From assembly GCA_005881575.1 (NCBI GenBank), contig VBCA01000001.1, positions 85,611-149,610 of the forward strand: a stretch of DNA of 64,000 nt, read 5' to 3'. The DNA is from Betaproteobacteria bacterium (lineage in GTDB: Bacteria > Pseudomonadota > Gammaproteobacteria > Burkholderiales > SG8-39). Both the position numbers and the translations under genes were made by a program. The notes below the pieces were generated by a model, which saw only the letters and a program-made list of their open reading frames with translations, was not told the DNA's origin and did no database searches. Positions 1 to 8,355 of the stretch are shown here, in pieces (the stretch's first letter is position 1; the number at the start of each line of letters is the position of its first letter).

Positions 1-57
1 AAACCCGACGAGACTGTGAAGGACGAGCCCTGCCTCCATTTCCGGTTTTGCAGCCGG

Positions 58-1086
58 TCAGGCGAGGCTCACGCCGAGCAGCGCGCCGACCAAGTAGGTG
101 ACCGCCCCCGCGCCGCCGCCTATCGCGAGCATGCGTAGGCCGTCGCGCACGGCGCTGCGGCCCGTGAAGAGGCTGATCATCGAGCCGACCCCGAACAAAG
201 CGACGGCGGTCAATGCGACCGCCGCGACGAGCGCGCCTTCGCCGCGCGCGAACAGAAACGGCGCGAGGGGCACCAGCGCGCCGACGCCGAAAGAAAAAAA
301 CGAGGACAGCGCCGCTCCCCAGGGCGAGCCGAGCTCCTGGGGATTGAGGCCGAGTTCTTCGCGCGCCAGCGTGTCGAGAGCCAGCTCGGGATTCGCGATG
401 GTGCGTTGTGCGAGCCCGTGGGCGTCACCCACGCTCAGCCCGCGTGCCGCATAGATCAACGCCAGCTCCTCGGCTTCCTCTTCCGGGTACTCGGCAAGCT
501 CGGCCCGCTCCAGCCCGATCTGATGCTCGTACATCTCCCGCTGCGAGCGCACCGAAACATACTCGCCGGCGGCCATTGAGAAGGCTCCCGCCAGCAGGCC
601 GGCGATACCGGAGAGCAGGATGGTGCTGTTGTTCGCCGAAGCACCCGCCACACCCAGGATGAGGCTTGCGTTCGACACCAGTCCGTCGTTGATGCCGAAC
701 ACGGCGGCACGCAGATTTCCGCCCCCCGCAATGCCGCGATGGCGCTTGCCGACCTCATCGGCCGAAGTCGGCGCCGGGTGCCCGGGCGCGGCGTGGCTGT
801 ATACGGAGAGCCCGCGTACCTTAATCGCGGCGAGGATGCCGCGCATCGAGCGCGGGCCGTAGCGACGCACCAGTCCCGCTACGATGCGGGTGCGCAAATC
901 GGGAACGAAGGCGGGCACCGACGCGAGCCCCGCGTTCTTCGCCCAGATCGCGGCCTGCCCTTCGGCCTCGTTCGCGAGCTTCCGGAACAGCTCCGAGCGC
1001 GGCGAGCCGCGCTCGACCTCCGCGATCACGCGGTAGAGATACGCGGAGCGTGTCTCGTCGAGCCAGCCTTCCCCTGATTGCGCCAT
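58..1086 (-). CDS. VIT1/CCC1-family iron/manganese transporter with a soluble N-terminal extension of about 115 aa
   Basis: 342-aa ORF. The C-terminal half carries the VIT signature GINDGLVSNASLILGVAGA and several hydrophobic helices. The N-terminal part is helical and soluble-looking. Confidence 0.8.
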   Translation of the reverse strand: MAQSGEGWLDETRSAYLYRVIAEVERGSPRSELFRKLANEAEGQAAIWAKNAGLASVPAFVPDLRTRIVAGLVRRYGPRSMRGILAAIKVRGLSVYSHAAPGHPAPTSADEVGKRHRGIAGGGNLRAAVFGINDGLVSNASLILGVAGASANNSTILLSGIAGLLAGAFSMAAGEYVSVRSQREMYEHQIGLERAELAEYPEEEAEELALIYAARGLSVGDAHGLAQRTIANPELALDTLAREELGLNPQELGSPWGAALSSFFSFGVGALVPLAPFLFARGEGALVAAVALTAVALFGVGSMISLFTGRSAVRDGLRMLAIGGGAGAVTYLVGALLGVSLA

Positions 1087-1122
1087 GCCTGTCCCGGTCC
1101 TCAGCCGGGATTCTAGGCGAAT

Positions 1123-1572
1123 TCAACCCTCGCCGGGGCCGCCGACGACGGCGCGAATCGCATCGAAGGAAAACCCTCGCGACTGAAGAAAGCGCATCTG
1201 CTTGGCCCGCTCCTCGCGGGTCCTCGGCGCGACCCGGAATTTTCTGCGCCAGACTTCGCGTGCGCGATCGACTTCGGTCGCGCGCGCGGCCCCGGATGCC
1301 TGCTCGGCAAGCTCCTTATCGAGGCCCTTCGCGCGCAACTCGTGGGCGATGCGCGCCGCTCCATACTTGCGCGAAAGAGCGTGGGCGCGCGATTCCGCGT
1401 AGCGCTCGTCGCACAGGAGCCTGCGTCGCGACAGGTCTTCGAGCAGGGCTTCGAGGTCCTCCTGCGGACTCGCGTACGTCCGGAGCTTCCCCGCCAGCTC
1501 GGCGCGGCTGTGCTCGCGCCGCGCGAGAAGTCGCAGGGCCCGCTCGCGCAGCGCCGGCCGCTTTTTTTTCAC
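1123..1572 (-). CDS. recX: Recombination regulator RecX
   Basis: The tail of ORF 1123..2700 reads [22 protein letters not shown]...[26 protein letters not shown]..., typical RecX helical repeats. GTG at 1572 overlaps the recA stop (GTGTGA). The gene lies directly downstream of recA. Confidence 0.8.
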   Translation of the reverse strand: MKKKRPALRERALRLLARREHSRAELAGKLRTYASPQEDLEALLEDLSRRRLLCDERYAESRAHALSRKYGAARIAHELRAKGLDKELAEQASGAARATEVDRAREVWRRKFRVAPRTREERAKQMRFLQSRGFSFDAIRAVVGGPGEG

Positions 1573-2615
1573 ACCTCGGCGGTGACGGGAGCCAATGCCT
1601 CCGGAGTCTTGATGCCGAGCTTCTCGCGGATCTTCGCCTCGATCTCGGCGGCGAGCTCCGGGTTTTCTTTCAGGAAGTCGCGGGCGTTGTCCTTGCCCTG
1701 GCCGATGCGGTCCTTCTTGTACTGGTACCAGGCCCCGGACTTGTCGACCACGCCGCAACTGACGCCGAGCTCCAGGATCTCGCCCTCGAGGGACACCCCT
1801 TCGCCGTAGAGAATATCGAACAGCGCCTCGCGGAACGGCGGCGCGACCTTGTTCTTCACCACCTTCACGCGGGTTTCGGAGCCGATCACCTCGTCGCCGC
1901 GCTTGATGCTGCCGATGCGCCGGATGTCGAGGCGGCACGACGCGTAGAACTTGAGCGCGTTGCCTCCGGTGGTCGTCTCCGGATTGCCGAACATGACGCC
2001 GATCTTCATGCGGATCTGGTTGATGAAGATGACGAGCGTGTTGGTGCGCTTGATGTTGGAGGTGAGCTTCCTCAGCGCCTGGCTCATGAGGCGCGCCTGC
2101 AGGCCCATCTGCGGCTCGCCCATTTCGCCCTCGATCTCGGCCTTGGGGGTGAGCGCAGCGACCGAATCGATCACGATCACGTCGACCGAGCCCGAGCGCA
2201 CCAGCATGTCGGCGATCTCCAGCGCCTGCTCGCCGGTGTCGGGCTGGGAAATCAGCAGCTCGTCGATCTTGACGCCCAACTTGGCCGCATATTGCGGGTC
2301 GAGTGCGTTCTCGGCGTCGATGAAGGCCGCAGTTCCGCCCATCTTCTGCACCTGGGCGATCACCGAAAGGGTGAGGGTCGTCTTTCCCGAGGACTCGGGC
2401 CCGTAGATTTCGACCACGCGGCCGCGCGGCAATCCGCCTACTCCGAGCGCGATGTCCAGGCCCAGAGACCCGGTCGACACCACTTGCACGTCCTGCGCGG
2501 CCTGAGAGTCCATCTTCATGATGGAACCCTTGCCGAACTGTTTTTCGATCTGGGCCAGAGCGGCCTGCAGGGCCTTGGCCTTGGCTTCTTCCATGACTTT
2601 CCCTTCGTTGACCAT
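1569..2615 (-). CDS. recA: Recombinase RecA
   Basis: 348 aa. Walker [24 protein letters not shown] and [30 protein letters not shown] are unmistakable RecA segments. Confidence 0.98.
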   Translation of the reverse strand: MVNEGKVMEEAKAKALQAALAQIEKQFGKGSIMKMDSQAAQDVQVVSTGSLGLDIALGVGGLPRGRVVEIYGPESSGKTTLTLSVIAQVQKMGGTAAFIDAENALDPQYAAKLGVKIDELLISQPDTGEQALEIADMLVRSGSVDVIVIDSVAALTPKAEIEGEMGEPQMGLQARLMSQALRKLTSNIKRTNTLVIFINQIRMKIGVMFGNPETTTGGNALKFYASCRLDIRRIGSIKRGDEVIGSETRVKVVKNKVAPPFREALFDILYGEGVSLEGEILELGVSCGVVDKSGAWYQYKKDRIGQGKDNARDFLKENPELAAEIEAKIREKLGIKTPEALAPVTAEV

Positions 2616-2723
2616 TTTGATTATCTCCTAAATTTGTGCGTTGAAGCGGGCGCCCGCTGCCGTCATCGTCGCCGCCCTGACGCCGTTCCAGGGCTCCCAA
2701 CGCGCAAAGCGAGAAGCCGGTTG

Positions 2724-2743
2724 ACCTGGATTTTTATACAGGT
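2724..2743. promoter_or_regulatory. Candidate LexA (SOS) box upstream of recA
   Basis: ACCTGGATTTTTATACAGGT is a 20-bp palindrome-like site with CTG-N10-CAG and an AT-rich centre, about 110 nt upstream of the recA start. It has one deviation from CTGT-N8-ACAG. Confidence 0.5.
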
Positions 2744-2800
2744 TCAGGGGAAATGCAACCCCCCAAGTCAAATCAATGACTTAGGGATAGAATCGCTTCT

Positions 2801-3457
2801 GTGTCCAGCCCGTGGCAGGTGTTGAACGCTCGTGCGCTCCGCGAAGCTCCTCTCGTCGCGGAGCCCTTCCCCTATCTCATCGTCGACAACCTCATCCGTC
2901 CCGAGGTCCTTGCCGAGGTGGTCGAGAGCTTCCCACGCATCGACAAGCGGGGGAGTTTTCCGCCGGAAGCGGTTTCGTGCTCGGGCCGCTTCGCGACGCT
3001 CATGGCCGAGATGCACAGCGCCGAGCTCAGGGACTTGATCGGCGAGCGCCTCGGCATGGATCTCAAGGACAGGCCTCCGATGCTCACGGTTCGCGGCCGC
3101 ACCGGGAAAAAGGACGGCCGGATCCACACCGATTCCAAATCCAAGCTCGTCACCGTGCTGCTTTACCTGAACCCCGGCTGGAGCGCGGCCGAAGGGCGCC
3201 TCCGGCTCCTCTACAACGACCACGACCTGACTCGCTATGCTGCCGAAATATGCCCCGACGCCGGACGCTGCCTGATTTTCAAGGTTACCCCGAACTGCTG
3301 GCACGGACACGAGCCTTTCGAGGGCGAGCGGCGCACCATCCAGCTCAACTACGTCGCTTCCGAGGAAGCTCGCGAGCGCGACCTGAAGCGGCATCGCTTC
3401 AGCGCATTCCTGAAAGGGCTGCTTTCGAGGAAAGATGAGAAGAGTCCTGCTCATTAA
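2801..3457 (+). CDS. 2OG-Fe(II) oxygenase family protein (prolyl-hydroxylase-like fold)
   Basis: 218 aa with a GTG start. Candidate HxD...H facial triad (RIHTDS ... CWHGHEP). Its 3' end overlaps the waaC start by 23 nt. Confidence 0.75.
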   Translation: MSSPWQVLNARALREAPLVAEPFPYLIVDNLIRPEVLAEVVESFPRIDKRGSFPPEAVSCSGRFATLMAEMHSAELRDLIGERLGMDLKDRPPMLTVRGRTGKKDGRIHTDSKSKLVTVLLYLNPGWSAAEGRLRLLYNDHDLTRYAAEICPDAGRCLIFKVTPNCWHGHEPFEGERRTIQLNYVASEEARERDLKRHRFSAFLKGLLSRKDEKSPAH

Positions 3458-4514
3458 GCTCACGTCCCTGGGCGACCTGATCCACGCGCTCCCGGCTCTG
3501 AGCGACGCCCAAAGCGCCCGTCCAGGGCTCGAGTTCGACTGGGTCATCGACGAGAATTTCCGGGAAATCGCGCTCTGGCACCCGGCGGTGAGCCGCGTCA
3601 TCACCACCAATCACCGCGAATGGCGCGGGGCGTTGGCGAGCGCGGAGACGCACGGGTCCATTTCCAAGACGATCGAAGAGATCCGGGGCTCCGGGTACGA
3701 CCTGGTCATCGACGGGCAGGGCAATTTCAAGACGGCACTGCTTTCCCTCTTCGCCAGGGGGACTAGAGCCGGATTCGACAGTCATTCGGTGCGGGAATGG
3801 ATCGCCCACCTCGCCTACCAGCGGCGGTTCGCCGCCTCGAAGGATGCGCACGCCATCGAGCGCCTGCGGCGACTGTTCGCCTCCGCACTGGGCTACCCGA
3901 TGCCCGTCTCGGCGCCCGATTTCCGGATTCAGAGGGACAAATTCATCAAGCCGAAACTCGATCTTCCCGGCGAGTATCTCGTGTTCGTCCACAACGCGAG
4001 CTGGAAAACCAAACTGTGGCCCGAGGCCCACTGGGCGGCGCTCCTCGAGAAATCGGTTCAGGCCGGATTCAAGGTGCTGCTGCCATGGGGAAACGAGGCG
4101 GAGCAGGCGCGAGCGCGGCGCCTCGCGATCCGCTCCGAGGTCCGCGTTCTGCCCAAGCTCACTCTTTCCGAAATCGGCTACGTGATCGAGAGGGCCCGGG
4201 CATGCGTCTGCATGGACACGGGCTTGAGCCACCTCGCGGCGGCGCTCGACGTACCTTCGGTCACCCTCTATGGGTCGACCGACTCCGGGCTCATCGGCGC
4301 ATCGGGCGCCTCGCAGGTGCACTTAAAATCCGATCTTCACTGTTCTCCCTGCCGGGAAAAAACCTGCCGCTACACCTCGGGAGACAATCCCTGCCTGGAG
4401 AAAATCGGCCCGGAAAGGGTTTTCGGGGAGCTGCTGCGTCTCACCCGACGCGCACCCGAGCTCAGGCAAGTCCCAGTCTCACCGGTATCCGCTTCGGCCC
4501 GAAGGCTTTCTTGA
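3435..4514 (+). CDS. waaC: Lipopolysaccharide heptosyltransferase I (GT9)
   Basis: 359 aa. MRRVLLIKLTSLGDLIHALPALSDA..., FDWVIDENF, AIERLRRLFASALGY and VCMDTGLSHLAAAL are colinear with my recollection of E. coli RfaC. Confidence 0.88.
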   Translation: MRRVLLIKLTSLGDLIHALPALSDAQSARPGLEFDWVIDENFREIALWHPAVSRVITTNHREWRGALASAETHGSISKTIEEIRGSGYDLVIDGQGNFKTALLSLFARGTRAGFDSHSVREWIAHLAYQRRFAASKDAHAIERLRRLFASALGYPMPVSAPDFRIQRDKFIKPKLDLPGEYLVFVHNASWKTKLWPEAHWAALLEKSVQAGFKVLLPWGNEAEQARARRLAIRSEVRVLPKLTLSEIGYVIERARACVCMDTGLSHLAAALDVPSVTLYGSTDSGLIGASGASQVHLKSDLHCSPCREKTCRYTSGDNPCLEKIGPERVFGELLRLTRRAPELRQVPVSPVSASARRLS

Positions 4515-5550
4515 AGAGCTCGAAGCGCCCGGCGATCGCACCCCCGCACTGCTTGCACCTGCCATCATCGGTGACGCGATAGTCGAGGATGCTGTACCAG
4601 TCGCGAGCGATCACGGCGCTGCCGCAGCCCGGGCAGTAAGTCGATCCGCCCTCAGGGTCGTGCACGTTGCCCGTATACACGTAGCGCAGGCCGTGCTCCA
4701 GCGCGATCTTGCGCGCGCGCGTCAGCGTCGCGGCCGGCGTGGGAGGAATGTCGGTCATCTTGTAGTCGGGATGGAAAGCGGTGAAGTGCAGCGGAACGTC
4801 GGGGCCGAGCTCTTTGGCGATCCAGCGGCACTCGGCGTCGATCTCCGCGTCGCCGTCGTTCCTGCCCGGAATGAGCAGCGTGGTGATCTCGAACCAGACT
4901 TCGGTTTCGTGCTCGAGGTAGACGAGCGTCTCGAGCACGTCCTTCAAATGGGCGCTGCAGGTGCGAAAGTAGAACTCCTCGGTGAAAGCCTTCAAGTCGA
5001 CGTTGGCCGCGTCCATCTTGGCGTAAAACTCGCGCCGCGGCTCGTCGTGCATGTAACCGGCGGTCACGGCCACCGCCTTGACGCCGACCTCACGGCAGGC
5101 ATCGGCGACGTCCATCGCATACTCCGCAAAAATCACCGGATCATTGTAGGTAAAGGCGACGCTGCGGCACCCGTAATCGAGCGCGGCGCGCGCCAGCTGC
5201 TCCGGGCTCGCCGCATCGGCTAGCGTGTCCACGTCGCGCGACTTGGAAATGTCCCAGTTCTGGCAGAACTTGCAGGCGAGATTGCAGCCCGCGGTGCCGA
5301 AGGACAGGATGCCCGAGCCCGGATAGAAATGATTGAGCGGCTTCTTTTCGACCGGATCGATGCAAAATCCCGAGGAACGTCCGTAGGTCGTAAGCACCAT
5401 CTGGTCGTGCTCGCGCATGCGCACGAAACACGCGCCGCGCTGGCCCTCGTGCAGCCGGCAATCGCGCGGACAAAGGTCGCACTGCAGCCTGCCGTCCGCG
5501 AGCCTATGCCACCAGCGGCCGACGTAGGGTCCCTCTCGCACGGCGCTCAT
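4462..5550 (-). CDS. AmmeMemoRadiSam system radical SAM enzyme
   Basis: CX3CX2C motif CNLACKFC. N-terminal Cys cluster CDLCPRDC...C and C-terminal CPGC...CKQC ribbon. ATG at 5550 overlaps the upstream stop (ATGA). The longer ORF start at 5604 is less likely. Confidence 0.9.
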   Translation of the reverse strand: MSAVREGPYVGRWWHRLADGRLQCDLCPRDCRLHEGQRGACFVRMREHDQMVLTTYGRSSGFCIDPVEKKPLNHFYPGSGILSFGTAGCNLACKFCQNWDISKSRDVDTLADAASPEQLARAALDYGCRSVAFTYNDPVIFAEYAMDVADACREVGVKAVAVTAGYMHDEPRREFYAKMDAANVDLKAFTEEFYFRTCSAHLKDVLETLVYLEHETEVWFEITTLLIPGRNDGDAEIDAECRWIAKELGPDVPLHFTAFHPDYKMTDIPPTPAATLTRARKIALEHGLRYVYTGNVHDPEGGSTYCPGCGSAVIARDWYSILDYRVTDDGRCKQCGGAIAGRFELFKKAFGPKRIPVRLGLA

Positions 5551-6938
5551 CGACGAAGATCCGCTTCGCGCCACTTGAGCACGGTGTAACGTTTCACCCG
5601 GCAACGCCGGATATCGGTGCTCTGCGCGATCCCCGCCTTTTGCCTCAAGTGCGCGATGAACTGCTCCGGATCCGGGAGGCCCTCCCAGACCTGCGGCAGG
5701 AAGGTCGCACGCTTGCCTTCCTCACCTTGCTCGAGAATGATTCCATCCACGCCGGGGCGCAGACGAGCAATCAGCTCGGCGTGGTTTTCGAACGCCAGCC
5801 GCTTGGGCGTCGACAGGAGCGATACTTCGATGTCGATGCCCTCGAGCTCGTCGGGCGTGAGCGGCTTGAAGCGCGCGTCCTCGAACGCCGCAGCGCGGGC
5901 GTTCTCGGCGACGTCTTGCGCGAGCGGCCGCTGGGCCTCGAGCGCACCGACGCAGCCGCGCAGCTCACCACTTTGCATCAGGGTGACGAAGCTCGCGCGC
6001 GATTCGCGCAGCCAGGACTCCTCGGCGACCGGCGCGCGGGACTCTGCGCTTACTCCCAGCGCGGCGGAGATCGATTGACGCGCGATTTGCAGCAGCTTTC
6101 TTCCGTGCTCTGCCCCGTAGCGCGGGCTTTCGGATGCGAGCGCAAAGGAGGCGTAGCCGACGACCCGGTTCTTGTCGCCGGCGGTGTCGCCCGAGTTGCG
6201 GCAGTCGAGCAGCCTCGGCGCGAGTCCTTTGCGCTTGGCCGCGATCAGCATGCCGGCCACCGGCGTCGCCCCGCAGGCCTGCTCGTGACGGATTGCGGCG
6301 TCGAAGCCGAGAATCGCCTGCACGGTGGCGCCGTCGATCTCGCGCGCGGCCTCGTACGAATGGTAGTGCGAGAGGTCCGAGCTGATCACGATCAGCGTTT
6401 CGGTTCCGCCCCAGATGCGCTCCAGCACGTCGGCGACTTTCTCCGGAGCGGCGTCGCCCACCACCAGCGGCACCAGCGAGAATCCGTCCAGGACCTGCTG
6501 CAGGAACGGCAGCTGCACTTCGAGCGCGTGCTCTTCGGCGTGCGTCGCCGCCGATTCCACGACCTGGGGCAGGCCGCGGATCGAGGCGATCGCCTCTTCG
6601 TCCAGCGGGATCCGGCCAAGGGGTGTGTCGAATGCGCTCGCCCGCGGCAGCGCGAGGCCGTGCACGGGAATCCGGTGACAGGGACCGAGGATCACGACGC
6701 GTCTGACGATGCCGCGCGCCGGGCGCAGCTGATCGTAGGCGCTCGCCGCGACCGGTCCGGAATAGATAAAACCGGCGTGAGGGACGATCACCGCCTTGGG
6801 GAATCCCGGCGCGAGAGGCGCCTCCTCGGTCTGGTCGAGATAGGAAGCGACTTCTTCGGCGAGCACGCGCGCGTCCGCGGGGTAGAACAAGCTCGCGACC
6901 GCGGGCGGGCGCACTTCGGCGTCACGGAAGGAGCTCAT
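5547..6938 (-). CDS. Fused AmmeMemoRadiSam system protein B (Memo-like) and protein A (AMMECR1)
   Basis: The N-terminal half has VIVPHAGFIYSGPVAASAY, ISSDLSHYH and ACG (Memo family). The C-terminal half has SFVTLMQSGELRGCVGALEA (AMMECR1 LRGC-x-G motif). Both lie in one uninterrupted frame. ATG at 6938 (MSSFRDAEV) was verified in the sequence. Confidence 0.85.
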   Translation of the reverse strand: MSSFRDAEVRPPAVASLFYPADARVLAEEVASYLDQTEEAPLAPGFPKAVIVPHAGFIYSGPVAASAYDQLRPARGIVRRVVILGPCHRIPVHGLALPRASAFDTPLGRIPLDEEAIASIRGLPQVVESAATHAEEHALEVQLPFLQQVLDGFSLVPLVVGDAAPEKVADVLERIWGGTETLIVISSDLSHYHSYEAAREIDGATVQAILGFDAAIRHEQACGATPVAGMLIAAKRKGLAPRLLDCRNSGDTAGDKNRVVGYASFALASESPRYGAEHGRKLLQIARQSISAALGVSAESRAPVAEESWLRESRASFVTLMQSGELRGCVGALEAQRPLAQDVAENARAAAFEDARFKPLTPDELEGIDIEVSLLSTPKRLAFENHAELIARLRPGVDGIILEQGEEGKRATFLPQVWEGLPDPEQFIAHLRQKAGIAQSTDIRRCRVKRYTVLKWREADLRR

Positions 6939-6988
6939 GCTCTCAATATAGAGCACGGGCCTCCCGGACCCAAGCCCCGCGCGCGCCT

Positions 6989-7861
6989 TCAGCGTGGCGG
7001 CGATGCGCGGTGCCGGGCAGTCCAGGGCCCGCGCTGGTCGCGGGTCCGCACCTCGCCCGTCATGGCGTCCCCGGCCACGGTCCCCTCGAACGCCAGCAGC
7101 CGGCCCTTGTGGAGCAGCCCGAAGCGGACCTGCTCGCCCCGCACCGCCAAATCCTTGAGGGTGAGCTCGGCGCCGCCATCGCGCACGAATCCGCCGATGG
7201 CGTCGGGTTCCTGCGTGATCTGCAGCATGAGCGCGGCGCCCGCAAGCGTTTTGGGCAACGTGAGCTCCCACGCGCCATGCACGCGCGCCGGGACGACGTA
7301 GTAATAGAGCCTCGTCCAGGAAGTACCGCTGATCATCTCCTTTTCAGGGACGTCCATCGAAAGCTCCTTGTCGGGCGGCCAGGGAGAAAGCGGATAATCG
7401 TGGGACACGATGCGCGTTCCGGGACGCAGTTCCGCGCGCAGCTTCGGCACGAGACGCGTGACGAAGTGCGGCAGCAGGTACAGCATCACCACGCTCGCCG
7501 ACCGGATATCGGCCTGGAAGAGGTCGCCTTGCACGAACTTGACGCGATCCGCCACGCCCTCCTGTTTCGCGCCGATTCTCGCCGTCTCGACGAGCTCCGT
7601 CTGCAGCTCGACGCCTACCCCGCGCGCGCCGAAGCGCTTGGCCGCGGTGATCACCAACCTCCCGTCTCCCGAACCGAGGTCGTAAACCACGTCCTCGCCG
7701 CGGATATCGGCGAGTTTGAGCATCTCATCCACGATCACCCACGGCGTCGGTACGTAGGGGCCCGCGACGTTGTCCTTCGCATCGTCGAGGTCCTGCGCGA
7801 ATGCGGCCACGGCCGCGCAGAGCGCGAGCGCGGCTGCGACGCCGCGGAAAAACGAAATCAT
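6989..7861 (-). CDS. Class I SAM-dependent methyltransferase with N-terminal signal peptide or membrane anchor and an extra C-terminal domain
   Basis: 290 aa. Hydrophobic N-terminus MISFFRGVAAALALCAAVAAFAQ, then YVPTPWVIVDEML, motif I VYDLGSGDGRLV and GVELQ. An additional C-terminal region of about 100 aa follows. The ATG overlaps the pncC stop (ATGA). Confidence 0.8.
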   Translation of the reverse strand: MISFFRGVAAALALCAAVAAFAQDLDDAKDNVAGPYVPTPWVIVDEMLKLADIRGEDVVYDLGSGDGRLVITAAKRFGARGVGVELQTELVETARIGAKQEGVADRVKFVQGDLFQADIRSASVVMLYLLPHFVTRLVPKLRAELRPGTRIVSHDYPLSPWPPDKELSMDVPEKEMISGTSWTRLYYYVVPARVHGAWELTLPKTLAGAALMLQITQEPDAIGGFVRDGGAELTLKDLAVRGEQVRFGLLHKGRLLAFEGTVAGDAMTGEVRTRDQRGPWTARHRASPPR

Positions 7862-8355
7862 CCTGTTTCCTCCAGTCGTTCGAGCAGGCCTTTCAGCGCG
7901 AACGCCACCGACTGCCGGCGCACGCTGTCCCGGCCGCCGCGGAAATGCCGGGTATCGCTATCCATCGCGCCCCGTTTCCGCGACCAGGCGAAACACACCG
8001 TGCCGACGGGTTTCGCCTTCGTGCCGCCGGTCGGCCCCGCGACGCCGGTCACCGCGATCGAAACCTGCGCGCGGCTGCGCGCGAGCGCACCCGCCGCCAT
8101 TTCCTCCGCGGTTTCGCAGCTCACCGCGCCGCGCCGCGAGAGAGTCCGCTCGCGCACGCCGAGCAGCTCTTTCTTGGCTTCGTTGGAGTAGGTCACGAAT
8201 CCGCGGTCGAACCAGCCGGAGCTCCCCGACACGGAAGTCACGGCCTGGGCGATCCAGCCGCCGGTGCACGACTCTGCCGTGGCGAGCTTCAGATTGCGTT
8301 TCTTCAGGCGGGCGCCGATGCGTCCCGCGAGCAGCTTGAGCGCATCGCGAGCCAT
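7858..8355 (-). CDS. pncC: CinA C-terminal-domain protein / nicotinamide-nucleotide amidase
   Basis: 165 aa from MARDALKLLAG. Motifs LATAESCTGGW and VTGVAGPTGG. The rest of ORF 7858..9195 is out-of-frame read-through of pgpA/thiL. Confidence 0.85.
   Translation of the reverse strand: MARDALKLLAGRIGARLKKRNLKLATAESCTGGWIAQAVTSVSGSSGWFDRGFVTYSNEAKKELLGVRERTLSRRGAVSCETAEEMAAGALARSRAQVSIAVTGVAGPTGGTKAKPVGTVCFAWSRKRGAMDSDTRHFRGGRDSVRRQSVAFALKGLLERLEETG

Noticed and set aside
1050-2825. 591-aa plus-strand ORF covering recX/recA, and the 525-aa minus-strand ORF 1123..2700
   Set aside because: Both are antisense or out of frame relative to an unmistakable recA. Their translations are Arg/Ala/Gly/Pro-rich, low-complexity and typical of GC-rich shadow frames. 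Only the last 149 codons of the 525-aa ORF (recX) look real.
5640-7301. 553-aa plus-strand ORF opposite the Memo-AMMECR1 gene
   Set aside because: It has shadow-ORF composition and no motifs. The opposite strand has strong family signatures.
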